NCBI GenBank assembly: GCA_050116835.1
Contig: JASFNW010000005.1
Location: forward strand, 4,037 to 68,036
Source of the DNA: Desulfobacterales bacterium
Lineage (GTDB): Bacteria; Desulfobacterota; Desulfobacteria; Desulfobacterales; JAHEIW01
Length of the DNA stretch: 64,000 nucleotides
Direction: 5' to 3'
Shown: in pieces, positions 58,957 to 64,000 of the stretch
How positions within the stretch are numbered: position 1 is the stretch's first letter
How the letters are laid out: each line of letters opens with the position of its first letter
Notes under the pieces: generated by a model
Seen by the model: the letters and a program-made list of their open reading frames with translations, nothing else
Told to the model about the DNA's origin: nothing
Database searches by the model: none
Translations under genes and position numbers: made by a program

Positions 58957-60018
58957 ATGGCTGGTAAAAATTTGATAGATGGCAGAGATGATTCGGCTCG
59001 CCGGTATGCGGCGTTTTTTGACAATCTTCCGGCACCCCTGTTTCGTAGCACCGTCGAAGGTAAAATTATATATTGCAATCATGCGCTTGCCAGTTTACTG
59101 GGCTTTGACTCCGCTGTGGATCTCGTCGATGTTCCGGTCATTGAATTTTATCAGAACAAAAAAGATCGCGGGCAAATTATTCACACCGCCATCCAAACCG
59201 GTGGGGTTTTTGATCTGCCGGTGGCGCTCAAAAAAAAGGACGGGACTCCCATCTGGTGTGCGCTTTCCGCCAAAGCTATTTTTGATGATGACGGTAATGC
59301 CATTCATCTTGACGGTGTTTTAAAAGAAATAACATCTGAAATCGATTCTGATATTGATATGCCAAGAATCGTAGGACCCGCAGGAGATCTTAACCAGATC
59401 AGTATTAATTTCGATTTTCGAGGTGCGCTGATCAATGTGAACTCAGCTGCGGAAACTTTTTTTGGACTGCCCAAAGCTAAATTGTTGGGTAAATTGTTAT
59501 CCGAATTTCTAGCGCCCAGCGATCGCGACCTGTTCCTTATTTTTTTGGCTGATATCTTTAAAATCGGTCGCAGCGAAATTATTCTGTCCGTTCTGGACGG
59601 CAGCTCAAACGTGCACCACCTAAAATGTCAGGCCTATCTAATTAAAAGTAATGGCCGTGCAAACCATATTAAATGTATTACTAAAGATGTCACGCATATT
59701 ATAAAGCAACAACGACGAAAAGCGGAAAGCCAGAAATTTCAAGGTGTCCTGGAAATGGCTGGTGGTGTCGCGCATAGTTTGAACCAGCCCCTGACCATTA
59801 TCAATAATCAGATCAATGAAATAATGTCCGAATTTGAGCAGGATAGACGCCTGCATGGCAAAATGGTAAAGATACACAATCAGATCAAGAAAATGAATGA
59901 TATTACCGATAAATTAAGCAGGATTAAGAAGTATGAAGCAATGGATTATGTCGCCGGAATCAGAATCGTGGATATCGAAAAATCATCCTGGCCCCATGAT
60001 GGCGAGGAGGAAAGATGA
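58957..60018 (+). CDS. PAS-PAS-DHp histidine-kinase-like protein lacking a catalytic ATP-binding domain
   Basis: It has two PAS-like regions and then the H-box MAGGVAHSLNQPLTII. Only about 75 aa follow, with no N, G1 or G2 boxes. It overlaps the next gene as ATGA. Confidence 0.7.
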   Translation: MAGKNLIDGRDDSARRYAAFFDNLPAPLFRSTVEGKIIYCNHALASLLGFDSAVDLVDVPVIEFYQNKKDRGQIIHTAIQTGGVFDLPVALKKKDGTPIWCALSAKAIFDDDGNAIHLDGVLKEITSEIDSDIDMPRIVGPAGDLNQISINFDFRGALINVNSAAETFFGLPKAKLLGKLLSEFLAPSDRDLFLIFLADIFKIGRSEIILSVLDGSSNVHHLKCQAYLIKSNGRANHIKCITKDVTHIIKQQRRKAESQKFQGVLEMAGGVAHSLNQPLTIINNQINEIMSEFEQDRRLHGKMVKIHNQIKKMNDITDKLSRIKKYEAMDYVAGIRIVDIEKSSWPHDGEEER

Positions 60019-61058
60019 TTAAAAACGTTCTACTGGTGGATGATGATACGGAGATGCTGCACGCCCTCAAAGAGGGCTTCAAGCGTTATCAGGATTCCTT
60101 TGCGATTTTGCTGGCAGAAGACGGTCTAAAGGCCCTGGAGGTTCTCAAACAAAATATTATCTCCCTGGTGGTGACCGATCTAAAAATGCCCAATATGGAC
60201 GGTTTTGAGCTTTTGGCACACATCATGCAATATTATCCAGACATTCCGGTCATTATTATTACCGGTTACAGCACTCCTGAAATGGAGCAACTGGCGCGCG
60301 AAGGCGGCGCCGTTGGATATATTGCCAAGCCGTTTTTAATTGAAAATTTAGCCCGTCAAATTTTGACCACTTTAAGGAAGGAATCCGAGGGCGGCACGCT
60401 GCATAATATATCATCCGGCATGTTTTTGCAGCTGATCGAGATGGAACAGAAAACCTGCACGATTCGTTTGGAGGAAAAAACAGGCGGGAAAAAGGGAATT
60501 CTTTTTTTCAGCAACGGTGAATTGTTTGATGCCAGGATAAACAATATCCATGGCAAAGCTGCCGCACACGAAATTTTTTCATGGGATGCAGTCAATCTTT
60601 CCATTCAAAATGGTTGTGCCCTAAAAGAAAATAGAATTCAAAGCGACTTGCAGCCGCTCATCCTGGAGGCCATGCGACGCAAGGACGAAAAAGCGCCCAA
60701 ACCCATGCGCACCGAAGATGAGGAAGAGCCGGAGATCGTGCCCGAAGGCGTTATGGAACAGATTGAATCCGCGCCCGAGACGCCGGCTGAACGACTGAAC
60801 ACACTCAAGGCCAAAATCGAAGCAGAAATCGGACAACAAAGCGGTTTGGAAGATCTGTATCAGGATTCGCTCTGGGATTACCGTATCACCCAGCTATCGA
60901 GAATCGGTGAAATTTTCCAACTGGGTAAATTCATGCTGGCCTACATCGATCGGGGAGATGCCCATGATTACATTCTCATACCGGGCCAAAAAACCACTGT
61001 CGTCACGGTAGACCCCCGGTGTCCGCGAGATAAGATATTGCAGGTCATCAGCAGTTAA
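60015..61058 (+). CDS. Response regulator: REC - DUF4388 - C-terminal roadblock-like region
   Basis: The REC domain reads LLVDDD...VVTDLKMPNMDG...YIAKP. The DUF4388 domain reads GTLHNISSGMFLQLIEMEQKTCTIRLE...GILFFSNGELFDARINNIHGKAAAHEIFSWD. Confidence 0.8.
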   Translation: MIKNVLLVDDDTEMLHALKEGFKRYQDSFAILLAEDGLKALEVLKQNIISLVVTDLKMPNMDGFELLAHIMQYYPDIPVIIITGYSTPEMEQLAREGGAVGYIAKPFLIENLARQILTTLRKESEGGTLHNISSGMFLQLIEMEQKTCTIRLEEKTGGKKGILFFSNGELFDARINNIHGKAAAHEIFSWDAVNLSIQNGCALKENRIQSDLQPLILEAMRRKDEKAPKPMRTEDEEEPEIVPEGVMEQIESAPETPAERLNTLKAKIEAEIGQQSGLEDLYQDSLWDYRITQLSRIGEIFQLGKFMLAYIDRGDAHDYILIPGQKTTVVTVDPRCPRDKILQVISS

Positions 61059-61101
61059 ACTATAACGAGCGTTTTGAAATAAAAATATGGGACATACTTT
61101 T
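61053..61101 (+). repeat. 49-bp direct repeat, copy A (spans the stop codon of the REC-DUF4388 gene)
   Basis: agttaaactataacgagcgttttgaaataaaaatatgggacatactttt is identical to 61261-61309. Confidence 0.9.
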
Positions 61102-61260
61102 TATATCACGGAATTCTATCATTTTAATATTTTTATTTTAAAACCCTTCGGGCTTGCCGATTTTACCGCATCTACGGTGTTAGATGCCGTTTCGCATAGT
61201 TCACTATAGCGAAACGCCATCTGCCGTGTAGCTGCGGCAATCTCGACAAGCGCTCAATAT

Positions 61261-61309
61261 AGTTAAACTATAACGAGCGTTTTGAAATAAAAATATGGGA
61301 CATACTTTT
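61261..61309 (+). repeat. 49-bp direct repeat, copy B (runs into the TTG start of the roadblock-like gene)
   Basis: It is identical to 61053-61101, with a period of 208 bp. The intervening 159 bp contain a roughly 90-nt imperfect hairpin. Confidence 0.9.
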
Positions 61310-61655
61310 GCAGGAATTGTTTAAGGATATATTAAATACAGATGGCGTGACCGGCGTTATGCTGTTTGCAGCCAACGGGGATGTTCTTTTCAAAGAGTTC
61401 TCGACAACGGTCACTGAGGCGCCTGAACACCGGGATTGCCGATTCTTAATTGATTCATTGGAAGGTATGCGCGAAACCGACCTTATTTTTGAAAAGGGTC
61501 GCATTTATATTCGCAAAACCGAGATGGGGTTTCTGGTTGTATTCATGGCGCTCTATGTGCCGATTGCGATGATAAGATTAAATTGCGACATTCTTTTACC
61601 GTCTTTGCAGCCGTCAAAGCCGGGTCGAAAATTCGGCCGGTTCTTTAAAAAATAA
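61308..61655 (+). CDS. Roadblock/LC7-like small protein
   Basis: LNTDGVTGVMLFAANGDVLFKEF...GRIYIRKTEMGFLVVFMALYVPIAMIRL follows the roadblock fold pattern. It has a TTG start. Confidence 0.55.
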   Translation: MQELFKDILNTDGVTGVMLFAANGDVLFKEFSTTVTEAPEHRDCRFLIDSLEGMRETDLIFEKGRIYIRKTEMGFLVVFMALYVPIAMIRLNCDILLPSLQPSKPGRKFGRFFKK

Positions 61656-61705
61656 GCAGAATCCAACGCATTGTTCCATTTTAAATGAAAGGGTTATCCA
61701 GGTAA

Positions 61706-64000
61706 ATGAATACTGACATTGAATCCAAAATCAACGAGGCCGAAGTTTGCCGTTCAATGGGGCTGTTTGAGGACTCGCTCAAAATTTACGAAAATATTCT
61801 CGGCAACGTGTCCGAACAGGACAAACAGACCCAGGATACAATTCAAAAACGCATCCGGTTGCTCAAGCATGAAATCGACAATGAAGAGCAAACGGCGCCC
61901 AAAGGGGTCTCGGCGAAAGATATCACAATCCTACGGGAACGATTGTCCAACCAGGGCCAGGGAGACGTACCGGCCATTTTGGACAGTGCTTCAGCCTTCA
62001 AGGAAATGGGACTGCACGGAGAGGCCCTTCCGGAATACGCCAAGCTATTAAAAGAAGATTATCCGTTGAACAAGGTGATGCCGGAAATCAGCGAATGTCT
62101 CTTGAAGCTGCAATCCCCTTCAAAAGCATCCGAAAAACTGGACAGCCTTTTGAAACCGCTTAAACTTGATAAAGCCCGTACCGCCGACATTCTGTTCCTG
62201 TTCGGACAGGAAATGGAAAAGCGCGATCACCGTGAAGTGGCCCTTGACAACTACAGGGCGGCACATAAATTGAGTCCCGACAATGCTGAAATTAAGAAGC
62301 GGATGGACTCGGTTGCGGCCACTTTTACCACCGGCTCAAAATATGATTACCTGCTGCGCGAGAAATTGGTAACCACCCAGCAGTTGCAACAGGCGTTTGC
62401 ATTGGCCAAAAAGATGAACAAAAGCGTTGAATTTGTTCTGATTGAGCACAACAAAATCAATAAAGCGACCATCGGCAAATCCTTTTCACTTTTCTATGAT
62501 ACGCAGTTTCGCGATTACGACCCTTCTTTCACGGTGCCGGTTGAACTGCTATCCAATTTGAAAAAGGCATTTTTGCTGAACGAGTACTGGGTTCCCATGA
62601 GCTGGGACAAAGAGGGGGTCGAGATTTTGGTTGACGATCCACGGGATCTGAATAAAACCGACAACATCAGGACCCTGATGAAAACCAACCGGATTAATTT
62701 TACCGTCGCCATCCGCGAAGATATCGAGCAGTACATTAAACTGTTTTTTGACGGGGGACAACCGGGCGCCGAGGCGGCCACGCAGCAGCAGGCGCTCGAT
62801 GACTTTGATCTAATGCCGGATGTCTCGTTTGAAGAAGAAGAGGAAGAAGAAGAGGTCGACGCGGGCCTCGATGAGGCCTCCGGTAAAATCGTCAAGCTGG
62901 TGGATCAGACGGTCATTGCCGCCTACCGTAAAAATGCGTCGGATATCCATATTGAACCGTCATCCATCAGCAAATCAACGTCGATTCGCTTCCGTCTGGA
63001 TGGCGTCTGTCAGGAGTATCTCAAGGTCCCCAATTCCATGGCGCGCGGGATTGTATCCAGAGTCAAAATCATGTCAAACCTGGATATCGCCGAGCGGCGT
63101 CTGCCCCAGGACGGAAAGATAAAATTCAAACGTAAAGGTGTTCCCACCTTTGAGCTCCGTGTGGCCACCCTGCCGACTCAAGGTGGATTCGAAGATGTGG
63201 TGCTCAGAATTCTAGCCTCAGCCGGGGCGATGGAGCTCGACGAGATGGGCATGACCGAGCGCAATACCAAAGTTATGAAGCGTATCGTCGCCAAGCCCTA
63301 TGGACTGGTGCTGGCGGTGGGCCCCACCGGTTCGGGTAAAACCACCTCACTGCATGCGATTCTTGGCTACATCAACAAACCGGGCATTAAAATATGGACG
63401 GCTGAAGATCCGATCGAAATTACCCAGGGCGGGCTGCGCCAGGTTGAAGTGAAACCCAAAATCGGTCTGGATTTTGCTCGCGTGATGCGGGCTTTCCTCA
63501 GGGCCGACCCGGACGTCATCATGATCGGAGAAATGCGGGATGAGGAGACAGCCTCCATCGGCATAGAGGCTTCGTTGACCGGTCATCTGGTCTTTTCAAC
63601 CCTGCACACCAACAGCGCACCGGAAACCATTACCCGTTTGCTGGATATGGGGCTCAATCCCCTTAATTTTTCAGACGCCTTTCTGGGAGTGCTGGCCCAG
63701 CGGCTGACGCGTCGGTTGTGCAAAGACTGTATGGAAGAATATCCGTTGACCAAAGATGAATATGAGATGATTTACGTCGATTACGGCGAAAAATATTGGG
63801 CGCAAACCGGTATCGAATATGACCCGGACACAACCCTTTACCGGGCTGTAGGCTGCGATGCCTGCTCGAACACCGGCTATCGAGGTCGCATGGGTATCCA
63901 CGAGCTTATGGAAGGCACACCCAAAATCAAATTGATGATCAAAAAGCAGGCCAACACCGAAATGCTTTTTGCCCAGGCCATGAAGGAGGGCATGTCTACG
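61706..64000 (+). CDS. TPR-like N-terminus + T2SSE_N + GspE/PilB-family secretion ATPase (3' end outside the window)
   Basis: I translated the frame by hand from 61706 and it stays open to the window edge, so it is absent from the ORF track. The Walker A motif is GPTGSGKTT and the Walker B motif is DPDVIMIGEMRD. The His box is TGHLVFSTLHTN, and it has CKDC...CDAC. Confidence 0.85.
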   Translation, partial: MNTDIESKINEAEVCRSMGLFEDSLKIYENILGNVSEQDKQTQDTIQKRIRLLKHEIDNEEQTAPKGVSAKDITILRERLSNQGQGDVPAILDSASAFKEMGLHGEALPEYAKLLKEDYPLNKVMPEISECLLKLQSPSKASEKLDSLLKPLKLDKARTADILFLFGQEMEKRDHREVALDNYRAAHKLSPDNAEIKKRMDSVAATFTTGSKYDYLLREKLVTTQQLQQAFALAKKMNKSVEFVLIEHNKINKATIGKSFSLFYDTQFRDYDPSFTVPVELLSNLKKAFLLNEYWVPMSWDKEGVEILVDDPRDLNKTDNIRTLMKTNRINFTVAIREDIEQYIKLFFDGGQPGAEAATQQQALDDFDLMPDVSFEEEEEEEEVDAGLDEASGKIVKLVDQTVIAAYRKNASDIHIEPSSISKSTSIRFRLDGVCQEYLKVPNSMARGIVSRVKIMSNLDIAERRLPQDGKIKFKRKGVPTFELRVATLPTQGGFEDVVLRILASAGAMELDEMGMTERNTKVMKRIVAKPYGLVLAVGPTGSGKTTSLHAILGYINKPGIKIWTAEDPIEITQGGLRQVEVKPKIGLDFARVMRAFLRADPDVIMIGEMRDEETASIGIEASLTGHLVFSTLHTNSAPETITRLLDMGLNPLNFSDAFLGVLAQRLTRRLCKDCMEEYPLTKDEYEMIYVDYGEKYWAQTGIEYDPDTTLYRAVGCDACSNTGYRGRMGIHELMEGTPKIKLMIKKQANTEMLFAQAMKEGMST

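Noticed and set aside
61719-63122. ORF-track entries 61719-62051 and 62820-63122 (+), and 62515-62895 (-)
   Set aside because: They are off-frame or antisense inside the long GspE/PilB-type ORF. That ORF is missing from the track only because it has no stop within the window.

Overview
This is a 64-kb chromosomal window. From gene content and protein signatures alone, it is most consistent with a Desulfobacterota (deltaproteobacterial) genome. All domain calls rest on motifs I could read by eye in the supplied translations; no searches were run.

Layout:
(i) 1-16 kb holds late flagellar genes (flgJ-like, flgN, flgK, flgL). They are interleaved with cheD, four HDOD paralogues, an HTH/Cys-rich/PAS protein coupled to a GGDEF cyclase, an MBL hydrolase, and a sigma-54 activator / receiver / PilZ operon.
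(ii) 16-27 kb holds nucleotide-sugar genes (rfbCD, UDP-xylose synthase, gmd, fcl). They are split by a 3.3-kb AT-rich islet at tRNA-Arg(CCT).
(iii) 27-47 kb is housekeeping: coaBC, family-4 UDG, nfeD/SPFH, xerC-hslVU, argBDFGH, lysA-dapF, folK, pgsA, tRNA-Gly and tRNA-Cys.
(iv) 47-53.5 kb holds an Smr / EF-G paralogue / RecA-like ATPase string and a CoA-transferase-GNAT fusion.
(v) 54-64 kb is a co-directional ten-gene cluster headed by mglB-mglA and ending in a TPR-GspE/PilB-type ATPase that runs off the window.

Most interesting candidates:
- The MglBA-centred cluster. It has extra roadblock and DUF4388 modules, output-less sensors, a kinase-like protein with no ATPase domain, and a secretion/pilus ATPase.
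- A consensus sigma-54 promoter and an intrinsic terminator that bracket a roughly 85-nt hairpin RNA with CCUCC loops at 7860-7973.
- A roughly 105-nt structured element present three times: two copies lie 5' of flagellar-context genes and one orphan lies antisense to the argB leader.
- An islet flanked by the 5' half, not the 3' half, of tRNA-Arg and carrying an apparently chimeric integrase.
- A family of intergenic dyads and period-7 ATAAC arrays.
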